Shown here: piece after piece, positions 22,430 to 32,492 of the stretch
Position numbering within the stretch: position 1 is the stretch's first letter
How the letters are laid out: each line of letters opens with the position of its first letter
NCBI GenBank assembly: GCA_002430735.1
Contig: DJCV01000013.1
Span: 33,460 to 97,459, forward strand
Reading direction: 5' to 3'
Length of the DNA stretch: 64,000 nt
Source of the DNA: Candidatus Woesebacteria bacterium UBA5941
GTDB taxonomy: Bacteria > Patescibacteriota > Microgenomatia > UBA8517
Program-made: the position numbers and the translations under genes
Notes under the pieces: generated by a model
The model's database searches: none
Seen by the model: the letters and a program-made list of their open reading frames with translations, nothing else
Told to the model about the DNA's origin: nothing

Positions 22430-24184
22430 ATGAAGAAACTAATGAACATTATTTTTAAACAGGCAAAAAGAAGCTTTCGTTCCGTTCTTCAATGGTGGCG
22501 GCATCTTTCTAAACGAACGCAGTTGAGTTTGAGTCTCTTTGAACTTGCGATTGTGTTCTTCGTGCTGCCAAACATTCATGGTGGTTTGAAAATTTTGGGG
22601 TTTGTAGAGAAAGACTTTATCGTCTCAACATCTGGTGCACTGTATGAAACCAATAACAATCCTTATTTTCGTGCACTAATTGGTAGTAGTAGCGATACCA
22701 AACAGTCTATTCTGAAATTTGAAATACAAGGTAAAACAGTAACCATAGGACTTCTTGATGCTGCAGAAGAAGCACCGGTTGTGAAACTTGTTGATGTAAA
22801 TGAGACTCCTTCTAACCTTATTATCCCTGAATCGCTCATACATGCTGAGGCTGAACTTGCCTCAGCTGAAGCTGTGTTGCAAGAAATTGCGAATAAAACC
22901 TATGAGGTTAGCCAAGAGGTATCAGAGATTATTGGAGAAGCTGAGCAGACGTTTTTTGGCCCGCGCGAGCAGATTGTTTTAAGAGCAATTGAAAAAATAA
23001 ACAAAGTTACCTATTATCGGAAACAGAACGCTCTCATTGAGACGATAGAACTTGTAAACCCAGACATTGAAACACTTCACTTTGTAGTGAAATCTCCCGA
23101 CATTTCTGTTCGTAAAACTCGATTGCAAGATTGGAACTTAGTGAGTGAAGGGAATGGGCTCATGACCGTTAAAACGCACATGGTGGATGGTCGTGGTGCA
23201 GTCTCAGCGCTACCTGAGGTAGATAATGCATTTACTGAAAGCACTGATGACACTATTCACCATTTGCTTCTACCCGTTGAGTGGATGCAATCACCCTCTC
23301 GAGTGTTCCCTCTGAAAGTTGTCCGCACATTTGCTCCTCTTGAGCCAGTACATGACTCTCTCGAATCCAAGCTACAAAATATAGTTGGAGAACAGTTTGT
23401 AGAACTCTCACTATTTACGTCTCACAACCCGCGGTTCTTAACCCTTTTCAAGGGAGATGTTTTATATTGGGAAGCACTATCAGGCACTATTTCACTTATT
23501 CAAAATGGAAATACAATACCGCTTTTTACCGAGCCGTTACTGTCAGGGCTTTCATGCACTGATAATGGGTGTTTCGCAGCAAGGACAGATACCATTCAGT
23601 TTTTTAACCCAACAGACATACTAAATCGCTTGCCTGAATCAGATATCAACACATTTTTCGAAAGTTTAAAGGTTTCTGATACTCCACTTGGTGGAATCGC
23701 TGTTGGGAAAGGTACAATTCTTCGTACAAGCTATTCAAGTCCAACAGGAGCCGTATATGGATCAAGCACTTTTGGTGGTGTCGAAAATAAAGTATATGAA
23801 AATGTAAGTTTTCCGTCGTTTCCAGCGGTCAGTGAAGACGGGCAATATCGAAGTTTTTGGGCTGAAGGGAAGCTGTTTATAGGTGAGGCAAATAGCAACT
23901 GGCAAACCATTTCAATCCCATTTGAACCTGAGTCAGTTTCCATTGGAAATGACAACCGTGTTTATTTTATAGTTAAGTTTGATCCTTTGCAGACGGATAT
24001 GGTTGTGCGAGTGACACCAGGTTTGGGACTTGAGATTCTCTCACACGTTACCGGGGACTTTAGTTCACTTCATATCACGAATGACACTCTCTACCTTGGG
24101 TTGAATATAGATGAACGGAACGGAGCTGTTTTGAAATTGCCACAGAATATTTTGGCATGGAATCAATGGAATGAATATGAATAA
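22430..24184 (+). CDS. Hypothetical membrane-anchored protein (584 aa). It is in an operon with the giant protein, and its stop overlaps the next start.
   Basis: It is a long ORF. The N-terminal signal anchor is 'LSLSLFELAIVFFVLP'. It lies 8 nt downstream of the giant gene, and the stop/start overlap is atgaatatgaataa. Confidence 0.6.
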   Translation: MKKLMNIIFKQAKRSFRSVLQWWRHLSKRTQLSLSLFELAIVFFVLPNIHGGLKILGFVEKDFIVSTSGALYETNNNPYFRALIGSSSDTKQSILKFEIQGKTVTIGLLDAAEEAPVVKLVDVNETPSNLIIPESLIHAEAELASAEAVLQEIANKTYEVSQEVSEIIGEAEQTFFGPREQIVLRAIEKINKVTYYRKQNALIETIELVNPDIETLHFVVKSPDISVRKTRLQDWNLVSEGNGLMTVKTHMVDGRGAVSALPEVDNAFTESTDDTIHHLLLPVEWMQSPSRVFPLKVVRTFAPLEPVHDSLESKLQNIVGEQFVELSLFTSHNPRFLTLFKGDVLYWEALSGTISLIQNGNTIPLFTEPLLSGLSCTDNGCFAARTDTIQFFNPTDILNRLPESDINTFFESLKVSDTPLGGIAVGKGTILRTSYSSPTGAVYGSSTFGGVENKVYENVSFPSFPAVSEDGQYRSFWAEGKLFIGEANSNWQTISIPFEPESVSIGNDNRVYFIVKFDPLQTDMVVRVTPGLGLEILSHVTGDFSSLHITNDTLYLGLNIDERNGAVLKLPQNILAWNQWNEYE

Positions 24185-27100
24185 GAAAAAATCAGTGTTC
24201 GCAGTATTACTTGTCATAGTGTTTATGGTTTCCTCCATGGGATTGCCACAACTTGTGTTATTTCAATCCCTCCAGAAGCCACTCCCGAAAACTCTTGAAA
24301 GAGCTCCAGAAGCAAAAGCTGAAAATGCGTACATTTCAGCTACAGCGTCAGTTACTACTGGAATACAAACCAATCATCATTCCTATACTCAGATAGCAGA
24401 TACCTTTGACTGGAGAATACTCACGACCGCTTCAGGACTCGATGCAACGGTAACATTCTCAAATGTTGCGCTGAATAGTGCCAACGTATTGTATGTGAAC
24501 TACAACGGGTCAGCTTCATCCGCATCATTAACGTACGAAATTCAGATTCGTGATTTTACTGCAGGCACATGGAGAACCATTAACCCACATGCAACAACGC
24601 TGGCCAACGTAACCGACCAGGCCGCCGGGCTTTTGTATCAGCCGACTGCTGCGGTTGCTGGAATGGGGCAGATCGCAATTTATGATGGATACTTTAGTAA
24701 TGGAAGCAACTCACCAGTTTCAATCCCATTGTCTGACTTTGTAAATGATAGTAATGAAGTGCAAATTCGATTCCTATCAGCCACAGTGACACCGAATCTT
24801 GAAATGCGTATTGATTATTTGTCTGTTGAACCAGCAATAGAAAACATGAAATATGCATCTTCTATGACAACTGCAGCAGGCACCGTTTCCAATGAATATA
24901 ACGATACAACAACAGACGACAATACAACAAACTTATCTATTGCGGCGACCGCAAGTGGTATTGACACATATTTGTCGTTTACGAACATGCCAACCCCGTA
25001 CACCGGGGCGAACGTTATTTTGGTGGAATATTCAGGAAATGATGACGCGTCACTTTCTGATTACAGTATTCAAGTCCGTGATTTCACTAACGGCCAATGG
25101 GATACGTTAAACGGAACTGTTTTAAATAGCGCAACTGATACCACCCATTACTTTGCAACTTCAACAGCACAAGCTGTTACAGACTATATCTCAGGAAATG
25201 AAATTCGGATTCGGTTTGTTTCAACTGATACGTCGGGTACTTTAAATATTGATTTTGCTCGAGTGACTATTGGGTCAGTCATGACTAATACAGGATTTTA
25301 TATAGATGAAATTAGTAGGGGATCTGTTTCAAGTGGAAGTGAAACAAACATGCAAACCATTGATACAACGTCAGCTGCATCTAGCTGGGTTCTTTCAACA
25401 AGTGCTTCAGATGTCACCGCAACAACCCAGTATCCAGGTGACTGTAATGCGGCTACTAATAACTGTGTTGGGGTAAATTTACAGCTTCCAGTAACTGTTC
25501 CTTCAAACACGATGGTAACCGGTGTGCACACTATGTTTCGATACAACACTTCAAGCGCAAACATCGATATGGAGTTTGGGATACGGAATGTGATGAATGG
25601 AAATATGGCGGTGACAACTGCTGTTGCCGATGAAACATCTCTTCAGTCGATGCGAAGGGAGTTAAGCTATCCAATGCCTCCACAAGTTGGAACAGACCCT
25701 TTGGTAACAGTTCCTGTGTATGAGCCCGAGTATTATGTAAACACAATAAACGATGCAATTAATTTTTATGCTCGATCTGCAGCTTCGTCGGCAAGTGGAA
25801 CGCTCACTCTTGATTTTGTCTTTGTCTCAATACGATATTTAGGCCCTTATAAAAGTGTGAGTAACAGATGGGTGCCTACTGGTGCAACGATTACAAACGG
25901 AACAAACAACGCCTCAAACTTTAGGTATGCAAACAGGGATGACTCAAACTATTATTCAGTTACTCCTAGTGGTAGTGGTACTGATTATTACTTGTCTTTC
26001 TCGAACGTTGAGATACCAACAAATGCCAATAAAATTATTATTGACACCCGCGCCCGTTCAAGCGCAGCTTCTCAAACGTATGAAATATATCTTTACGACT
26101 TTGTGAATACGACGTGGAGGGAAGTTACTCCGCATAGTACGAATTACACTTCTGATGGTACGCTAAGCACCGAGGAGTTAGTTCAAGTGGAAGTGTACGA
26201 TGGGTATTTTAGTAACGCGAGCGATGCACCTGTTTCAACGCCAATTTCAAATTTTGTGAGTTCTTCACAAATGCGTGTGCGATACGTAATGGCAAGTACA
26301 ACTAATCGTTTAGAGATTGATTGGGTAAATGTAGAGATTGCAAATGACCCGGTTTATTTTGCTGCAGATTCAACGATTACCAACGGAACTATTACAAATG
26401 AATATAATGATACAACGACAGATGATGCAACAACGAGTTATACAATTACAAATTCAAGCGGAATTGATTTTTACCTATCATTTAAAAATGTGTTGACTCC
26501 GCCCACGGGAGCGGATACTGCGTATTTACATGTGTCATCGCATATGACTGCAGGCGCAGGAAGTTATACTATTTCACTTTACAACTTTAATACAACGAGT
26601 TGGGTCCCATTTAATGGAACGGTATTAACACACACTTCCGATCGAACTGATTACTACTTCCTCAACATTTCTAATTGGGCTCATTATATTAGCGGTAACG
26701 AAATGCGCGTAAGGTTCAACTCAGCTTCAGCAGGAGGGACTATTGTTGTCGATTATGCCAAGCTAGCTCTTGGGTCTGTAACAAATAGTACCGTGGGACA
26801 AACAATTGATCTTGGAGGAACATATGTAAACTCATATTCAGAAACTGCAACACTTGATACCAGTAACTTTGTAGCACTTGAAAATTCATGGGGTATTCGC
26901 AGTCATCCAAACACGCAGTCTGCAGAGGCACTAGAAGCTCCAGCCTCAATTGCATTGACAGTGAATTATCCACTCACCGTACCGACGAATGTGTATCCTT
27001 CAGGCATCATTTGGGCAATGAAAGGGTCTAGTAATGCGACAACTATTTCACCAACTGTGTCATTTACCAATACAAAAATCGGTACTCGAGTTGCGACAAA

Positions 27101-27335
27101 TGCGCGAGGGGTAACGCTTGCTCTCAATGCACTCCCGAACGCGGGTGATTTAGGAACGTTTGCTTCAACAACCGAAGTTATGAGAGAAGGGTGGTTTATC
27201 GAAAACACGGCGAATGCTCTTTTGAACGAACAAAATATGGTTCAAATGCGTATTAGAACAACTGCTTCTACGCTCTTAGGCCCTGCATATTTTATGATTG
27301 ATGCAGGGTTTGTAGCTTTAAGGTACGCTGAATAA
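24171..27335 (+). CDS. Large secreted repeat protein (1054 aa). It has a signal peptide and four beta-rich modules of about 160 aa of two alternating types.
   Basis: The signal peptide is 'KKKSVFAVLLVIVFMVSSMG'. Type-A modules carry 'YEIQIRDF..W' and 'YDGYFSNGS..PVS.P.S.FV'. Type-B modules carry 'NEYNDTTTDD.TT...SGID.YLSF.N' and 'YISGNE.R.RF'. It is dense in N-x-S/T sequons. Confidence 0.7.
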   Translation: MNMNKKKSVFAVLLVIVFMVSSMGLPQLVLFQSLQKPLPKTLERAPEAKAENAYISATASVTTGIQTNHHSYTQIADTFDWRILTTASGLDATVTFSNVALNSANVLYVNYNGSASSASLTYEIQIRDFTAGTWRTINPHATTLANVTDQAAGLLYQPTAAVAGMGQIAIYDGYFSNGSNSPVSIPLSDFVNDSNEVQIRFLSATVTPNLEMRIDYLSVEPAIENMKYASSMTTAAGTVSNEYNDTTTDDNTTNLSIAATASGIDTYLSFTNMPTPYTGANVILVEYSGNDDASLSDYSIQVRDFTNGQWDTLNGTVLNSATDTTHYFATSTAQAVTDYISGNEIRIRFVSTDTSGTLNIDFARVTIGSVMTNTGFYIDEISRGSVSSGSETNMQTIDTTSAASSWVLSTSASDVTATTQYPGDCNAATNNCVGVNLQLPVTVPSNTMVTGVHTMFRYNTSSANIDMEFGIRNVMNGNMAVTTAVADETSLQSMRRELSYPMPPQVGTDPLVTVPVYEPEYYVNTINDAINFYARSAASSASGTLTLDFVFVSIRYLGPYKSVSNRWVPTGATITNGTNNASNFRYANRDDSNYYSVTPSGSGTDYYLSFSNVEIPTNANKIIIDTRARSSAASQTYEIYLYDFVNTTWREVTPHSTNYTSDGTLSTEELVQVEVYDGYFSNASDAPVSTPISNFVSSSQMRVRYVMASTTNRLEIDWVNVEIANDPVYFAADSTITNGTITNEYNDTTTDDATTSYTITNSSGIDFYLSFKNVLTPPTGADTAYLHVSSHMTAGAGSYTISLYNFNTTSWVPFNGTVLTHTSDRTDYYFLNISNWAHYISGNEMRVRFNSASAGGTIVVDYAKLALGSVTNSTVGQTIDLGGTYVNSYSETATLDTSNFVALENSWGIRSHPNTQSAEALEAPASIALTVNYPLTVPTNVYPSGIIWAMKGSSNATTISPTVSFTNTKIGTRVATNARGVTLALNALPNAGDLGTFASTTEVMREGWFIENTANALLNEQNMVQMRIRTTASTLLGPAYFMIDAGFVALRYAE

Positions 27336-27345
27336 CCTGAAACAT

Positions 27346-30300
27346 ATGGCACTCAAAAAGAAAAAATTCATACTCTCAATTGTTTTAAGTTGTGCAATGA
27401 CTGCTCAATCGTGGCATTTACCGTATTTAATTTTAAACGAGGCACCACAGACACGGGAGCTTGCACAAAAATTACGTCCGAATGAAGTTTCAAGTGCAGA
27501 CGCTCGATTTCAGTTCCAGCCAACAACGACAACAGTGACTACAGCAAAAGGCACGACAGGGGATCATCTAGCGGTAGGTGCCGCTGATAATCTATATATG
27601 TATGCCACAAGCTCCGATTCAGGGCTCGACATCTCGTTTACTTTTAATAATGTTCGATTGTGGAGCGCGAACGCTATTCGTGTTTTCTATGATGGGTTTG
27701 CGAGCTCAGCATCACTTACATATGAGATTCAAATTCGGGATTATGTAAATAGTACCTGGCGAAATATTAATCCCCATGAGGCCACAAATACAAATACTGC
27801 TGACTCAACACTTGCAGGATCTCTTTCATCAGTTGCTGCAAATTTACCAGGTGGAGGAGTGATTGATATTTATGATGGTTACTTTAGTAATGGCAGTAAC
27901 ACTCCAGTTGCGACGCCGCTTTCTAATTTTGTAAACAGTGACAAGCAAATGCAAATTAGGTTTTATTATGCAGGTTCCACTGAGAACCTTCAGTTAGCAA
28001 TTGATAATATTACGATTCAACCATCTCAACTTCCATATTATTACCCATCAAGCTCAACAAAAAACAGTACTGGCGCACAGACAAATGAATATAATGATTT
28101 AACAACAGATGACGCGACAACAAGCATGACTTTTGCAGGAGCAGTTGGAGGGATTAGCAATGATTTTTACTTCACCAATGTGAGCCTCCCGTACTCTGAT
28201 GCAAATACATTCTTAATTGAGTACTCCGGCCATATTTCTACCTCTAACTACTCAATAGCAATATATGACTATAACGATGCAGAATATCAGACATTAAATG
28301 GAGCAGTGCTCACAAACACATCCGATGCTACCAATTACTTTGCTCTTGTGCCGGCTGCCAACAGCGACGCGATGGAAGACTTTATTGATGAGGCAAACAA
28401 TAATCGAATGAATATTAGGGTGACTTCCCCAACTACAAGCGGGACCCAAACAATCGATTTTTTAAAGCTTGTTATCGGTTCCACTCACACAAATACCGGT
28501 GACTATATAGCTGCGATTACTAGAGGAACAACTTCATCAGGAACTGAGGCAAATGTGAGGAATTTAGATACCTCAAATACGATTTCCCAATGGGTGTTGA
28601 ACGCGACGACATCAGAACAAGACACGGAGAGCTCTGGGGATTGTACAACTATCACTGGGTATTGTGTGGCAATGCAAGTAACAGTACCAGTTACAGTTTC
28701 TGCTCAAAATATTGTGCAATCGGTTATCCAATATGGTCGATTTAACACAAACAACGCAGACTCGGATCCACTCATGGCTGTGCGGGATGTTGCAGGGAGT
28801 TATGATGCAACTACCTCCTCAACAAACATGACGGCCGCGGCTATGGTTATTCGCGAAACCAACAACCCAATGCCTCAGCAAGTAGGATATGCAGCCCTTG
28901 CCGCTGTTCCTGCATTCACTCCAAACTCCTACGTTCGCAAAAGTTATAACTCTATGTCTATGCGTATTTATACCCCTGCTGCAGCTGCGGCACGAACCAT
29001 GAGTGTTGATTTCGCCTTTATGACGATTACACTGGTAACTCCACTTGAGCGTGAGGTGTACCGGAAAGTGCCATCAGGGGGTACTATTACTGCCGGCACT
29101 GAGACCAACTCGAATTATCGGTTTACCCAGGGAGATGATGCTGTAAACTGGGATTTAAACCCGAATGGTACAACTGGTACTGATGTCTATGTGTCTTTTA
29201 ACGACACGACAATTCCAACTGGTTCAAATAAGTTAATTATAACGAGTAACCATCGATGGGATGTTAATTCGGCAAGTTACGAAATGTATATTTATGATTT
29301 CGTTACAGACACATGGCGTGATATGTCGCCTCATGAGACGAATTTTACACACGACGCGACTGCTGCTAATTATGACTACATACAGCTTGAGATATTTGAC
29401 GGATATTTCAGTAATGGAAGTGGGACCCCTGTTTCAACACCATTATCAAACTTTGTTGAAAATGGGGAAGTGCGCGTCCGTATGTTATCTGCGTCAACTA
29501 CCGCGGATCTTGATTGGGATTTTGCCCAAATTCAATTCGTGATTGATCCATCGTATCTTCCTGCTGACATTGTAACAACCACAGGAACAGAGGCCAATGA
29601 ATATACTGATCTTTTTACTGATGACAACACAACGAACTTAACCTTAACCCCTTCTGGGAACGCGGTTGACTCATATTTGACGTTTGCGAATGTCGTGATG
29701 CCTCCTGAAGGCTTTAATGCGCTATTTGTAGAGTTTACTGGATGGAAGACAACCTCTGGCACAATCAACCTAAACTTACGCAATTTTACAACTGGCTCGT
29801 GGGAACCAATTAAGACAGGTGCCTCAATCGTTGCGCGTGCGACTCATTATTATGTCGTTGAGATAGGCGATTGGAGTAACTATATCGATTCGAATAACCA
29901 CATGCGGGTACAAATAACATCAGCAGCGAGTGCGACCGTTGTGAATCTTGATTTTATTCAAATCACTATGGGAATGGTTCCCAAGGCGGATACCCCCGTT
30001 ACGGCAAATTACGGGGCTATTATGAATGGAACCGCTGCAAGCTTGGGTAATATTGACACTATCTCAAGCACTGATGAATTGAACGGTGCTAATTACTTAA
30101 CTATTACTGAGTCAAACGCTACAACCGGGATTCCAGCCCATGACACCATGGGGGGAAAATCATTACAAGTTGATTTTCCTTTCCACGTTGACCCTGGAAC
30201 ATATCCAGTTGGGCTCATTTGGAATTATCGGGCTGCGTCACACACAACAGTTGTCGTAACACCTACTATTGAGACAGGTGGATTTAACTATCAATCACTT

Positions 30301-30624
30301 AACACAAGCTTTTTATATACGTTGCTTGCCGCGAATGCTATGGCTGCGACCTCTGACACTGCAGTTTTAACCTCGACAACACAAGCCTTTCGACAGGGTT
30401 GGTTCGTAGAACCACTAGCAAATTTATGGGATAGCGTTGATAACAGATTGAAATTTAGACTTGCGACTACAACAGGACTTGTGAATGCAGAGTGGGATTT
30501 GAGCGTGGACTTTGTGTTTTTGTCGTATCGATGGGTACCATTTGAGATAACTCCTAACCCCGAGCAACAAATGCGCGGAGGAACCTTTTTCTTTGGTGGT
30601 GATGAGCAGAAGAAGTCATTTTGA
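27346..30624 (+). CDS. Paralogue of the preceding secreted repeat protein (1092 aa) with the same A-B-spacer-A-B-C-terminus architecture.
   Basis: The signal peptide is 'KKKFILSIVLSCAMTAQS'. Conserved 'YEIQIRDYVNSTW', 'YDGYFSNGSNTPVATPLSNFV' and 'NEYNDLTTDDATTS' are present. The shared C-terminal motif is 'FRQGWF.E..AN'. Confidence 0.7.
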   Translation: MALKKKKFILSIVLSCAMTAQSWHLPYLILNEAPQTRELAQKLRPNEVSSADARFQFQPTTTTVTTAKGTTGDHLAVGAADNLYMYATSSDSGLDISFTFNNVRLWSANAIRVFYDGFASSASLTYEIQIRDYVNSTWRNINPHEATNTNTADSTLAGSLSSVAANLPGGGVIDIYDGYFSNGSNTPVATPLSNFVNSDKQMQIRFYYAGSTENLQLAIDNITIQPSQLPYYYPSSSTKNSTGAQTNEYNDLTTDDATTSMTFAGAVGGISNDFYFTNVSLPYSDANTFLIEYSGHISTSNYSIAIYDYNDAEYQTLNGAVLTNTSDATNYFALVPAANSDAMEDFIDEANNNRMNIRVTSPTTSGTQTIDFLKLVIGSTHTNTGDYIAAITRGTTSSGTEANVRNLDTSNTISQWVLNATTSEQDTESSGDCTTITGYCVAMQVTVPVTVSAQNIVQSVIQYGRFNTNNADSDPLMAVRDVAGSYDATTSSTNMTAAAMVIRETNNPMPQQVGYAALAAVPAFTPNSYVRKSYNSMSMRIYTPAAAAARTMSVDFAFMTITLVTPLEREVYRKVPSGGTITAGTETNSNYRFTQGDDAVNWDLNPNGTTGTDVYVSFNDTTIPTGSNKLIITSNHRWDVNSASYEMYIYDFVTDTWRDMSPHETNFTHDATAANYDYIQLEIFDGYFSNGSGTPVSTPLSNFVENGEVRVRMLSASTTADLDWDFAQIQFVIDPSYLPADIVTTTGTEANEYTDLFTDDNTTNLTLTPSGNAVDSYLTFANVVMPPEGFNALFVEFTGWKTTSGTINLNLRNFTTGSWEPIKTGASIVARATHYYVVEIGDWSNYIDSNNHMRVQITSAASATVVNLDFIQITMGMVPKADTPVTANYGAIMNGTAASLGNIDTISSTDELNGANYLTITESNATTGIPAHDTMGGKSLQVDFPFHVDPGTYPVGLIWNYRAASHTTVVVTPTIETGGFNYQSLNTSFLYTLLAANAMAATSDTAVLTSTTQAFRQGWFVEPLANLWDSVDNRLKFRLATTTGLVNAEWDLSVDFVFLSYRWVPFEITPNPEQQMRGGTFFFGGDEQKKSF

Positions 30625-30660
30625 GTTTGCAATGTCAGTGTGTTTTGGCTATGAATAAAC

Positions 30661-31662
30661 ATGGCGCAAAAAATTATCCCTACCGTTATTGCAATGGCGG
30701 GACTGTTTTTAATAGGCTTTTTTCTAGGAAAAAGTAACCCGGATTCATTGAACAGTGCTCTAAATACTATCCGAGGACAGCAAGTCAGACAAAGTGGATT
30801 CACATATATTAATCCGCTCCTTGAGTGTGAGATTGCAGAAGAACTGGATTTTGCGGAATTGACACCATTTAAGAAGGATGTTGAGAAGTATGTTGGTGAC
30901 CAAATTACGAGTGGGGATGCAACACATATTTCTATTTACTTTAGAGACCTCATGAACGGGCCGTGGATGGGAATAAATGAACGGGAGGAATTCTCCCCGA
31001 GTTCATTATTAAAAGTTCCCCTTATTATGTCTTTTTACTTACAAAGTGAAAAGGATCCCTCATTACTTGAACGAAAGTTTTTATATAACGGTACCTTTGA
31101 TATTGAGGATAATCAAAATATAACACCAGAGGAGACATTAGCAGTAGGTAACGAGTATTTCGGTGAAGAATTAATTGAGAGAACCATTCGTTTTTCTGAC
31201 AACAATGCGGCCAAGTTATTGTCTCAAAGCATGATGAGTGAGTATTTTTTTAAACCATATAAAGATCTTGGATTAAAGCTGCCAGTTATGTCAAACGGTG
31301 AGTATTACATTCGTGTTAAAGACTATGCATCATTTTTTCGAGTTCTCTACAATGCATCTTATTTGACTAAGACCAGTTCTGAAAAAGCACTTTCAATACT
31401 TGCACGCTCCACCTTCAATGAAGGGCTAAGGGGCGGCGTCCCGAGCACAATCCCAGTTGCCAGTAAATTTGGGGAACGAATCTGGGAAAATACAAACGAG
31501 CATCAAATGCATGATTGTGGGATTGTGTATTATCCAGGGCATCCTTATCTCTTATGTGTCATGACAAAAGGGAAGTCGTTTGAATCTCTCGAAAAAACAA
31601 TTTCTGGTGTGTCAAGGCTTATATATGAAAAGGCGAACGAGGCTTACTCGATTCGAGATTAA
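30661..31662 (+). CDS. Class A beta-lactamase-like serine hydrolase (penicillin-binding-fold), membrane-anchored.
   Basis: It has an N-terminal TM helix. An S-x-x-K-like 'SPSSLLKV' is present, along with the SDN loop 'RFSDNNAAKLL' and a KTG-like 'SKFG'. Confidence 0.55.
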   Translation: MAQKIIPTVIAMAGLFLIGFFLGKSNPDSLNSALNTIRGQQVRQSGFTYINPLLECEIAEELDFAELTPFKKDVEKYVGDQITSGDATHISIYFRDLMNGPWMGINEREEFSPSSLLKVPLIMSFYLQSEKDPSLLERKFLYNGTFDIEDNQNITPEETLAVGNEYFGEELIERTIRFSDNNAAKLLSQSMMSEYFFKPYKDLGLKLPVMSNGEYYIRVKDYASFFRVLYNASYLTKTSSEKALSILARSTFNEGLRGGVPSTIPVASKFGERIWENTNEHQMHDCGIVYYPGHPYLLCVMTKGKSFESLEKTISGVSRLIYEKANEAYSIRD

Positions 31663-31682
31663 TCTCTGATAGAATCTCATGT

Positions 31683-32417
31683 ATGGTATCCTTTAAGGTG
31701 AAAGTTTTGCATGTAAAGATTTTTTTCGGTCTCATTGCAGTGGTTGGAGTTACTGCAGTTGGTGTCATCACATTTCTTCGTCAAAACCCTTCGGTACTGG
31801 GATCTTCAAAAGTGACTACCGCAGGGGATCCACAGAAAGAATTGGACCAACTTGTGGCTGAAATTAAAAAAGTAATGATTCTACCTGGAGATGAAGTCCC
31901 TACGCTTGCTACAGTATCTGAAGCAGAAAAGCTTTCTTCTCAAACATTCTTTAAAAATGCACAAAATGGCGACAAAGTGCTCATTTACAAAAAAGTCAGA
32001 AAAGCGATTTTGTGGCGACCATCTGCACGCTTAATTATAGAAGTAGGAACAGTCACTTCGAATGAGAAACCTGTTTCACCAGACAGTTCTGCGAACAATG
32101 AGACAGATGCATCTGCGAAGATGGATGCGCCGAAACGAGTACTATTTGCCAATGGAACAACGCAACCTGGGTTGGCTTCGGCAATTGCAGATCAGGCAAA
32201 AACGATTCCAGGAGTCGTAGTTGTTGATCGAGTAATTGCAAAGCGAACTGACTACGAGAAAACTATTATTGTTGATTTAACAGGGAAACGGGAACTGGAA
32301 GCGCAGTTTTTATCCCAAGAAATTGGAGGTGAAGTAAGCACTCTTCCTGAGGGTGAAGTAAAGTCTGAGGGGGTGGATTTTATGGTGATCCTTGGAACTG
32401 ATCTAATTTCAGATTAA
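31683..32417 (+). CDS. LytR_C (LytR/CpsA/Psr C-terminal) domain-containing membrane protein.
   Basis: It has an N-terminal TM helix. The C-terminal 'VLFANGTTQPGLASAIADQAKTIPGVVVVDRVIAKRTDYEKTIIVDL' matches the LytR_C pattern. Confidence 0.55.
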   Translation: MVSFKVKVLHVKIFFGLIAVVGVTAVGVITFLRQNPSVLGSSKVTTAGDPQKELDQLVAEIKKVMILPGDEVPTLATVSEAEKLSSQTFFKNAQNGDKVLIYKKVRKAILWRPSARLIIEVGTVTSNEKPVSPDSSANNETDASAKMDAPKRVLFANGTTQPGLASAIADQAKTIPGVVVVDRVIAKRTDYEKTIIVDLTGKRELEAQFLSQEIGGEVSTLPEGEVKSEGVDFMVILGTDLISD

Positions 32418-32492
32418 ATCACGCTCCGTGCAGGGGACGACCACGCTTTTTGCTTTACATTCAGAAAAAACTCTCGTATAACAAAAGGTGTT

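Noticed and set aside
13939-24184. The possibility that the excisionase-like HTH plus tail-fibre-like motifs mark a prophage.
   Set aside because: No integrase, terminase, capsid, portal or att-like repeats are present. The tail-fibre-like motifs are embedded in a cellular membrane protein, so they are interpreted as domain reuse.
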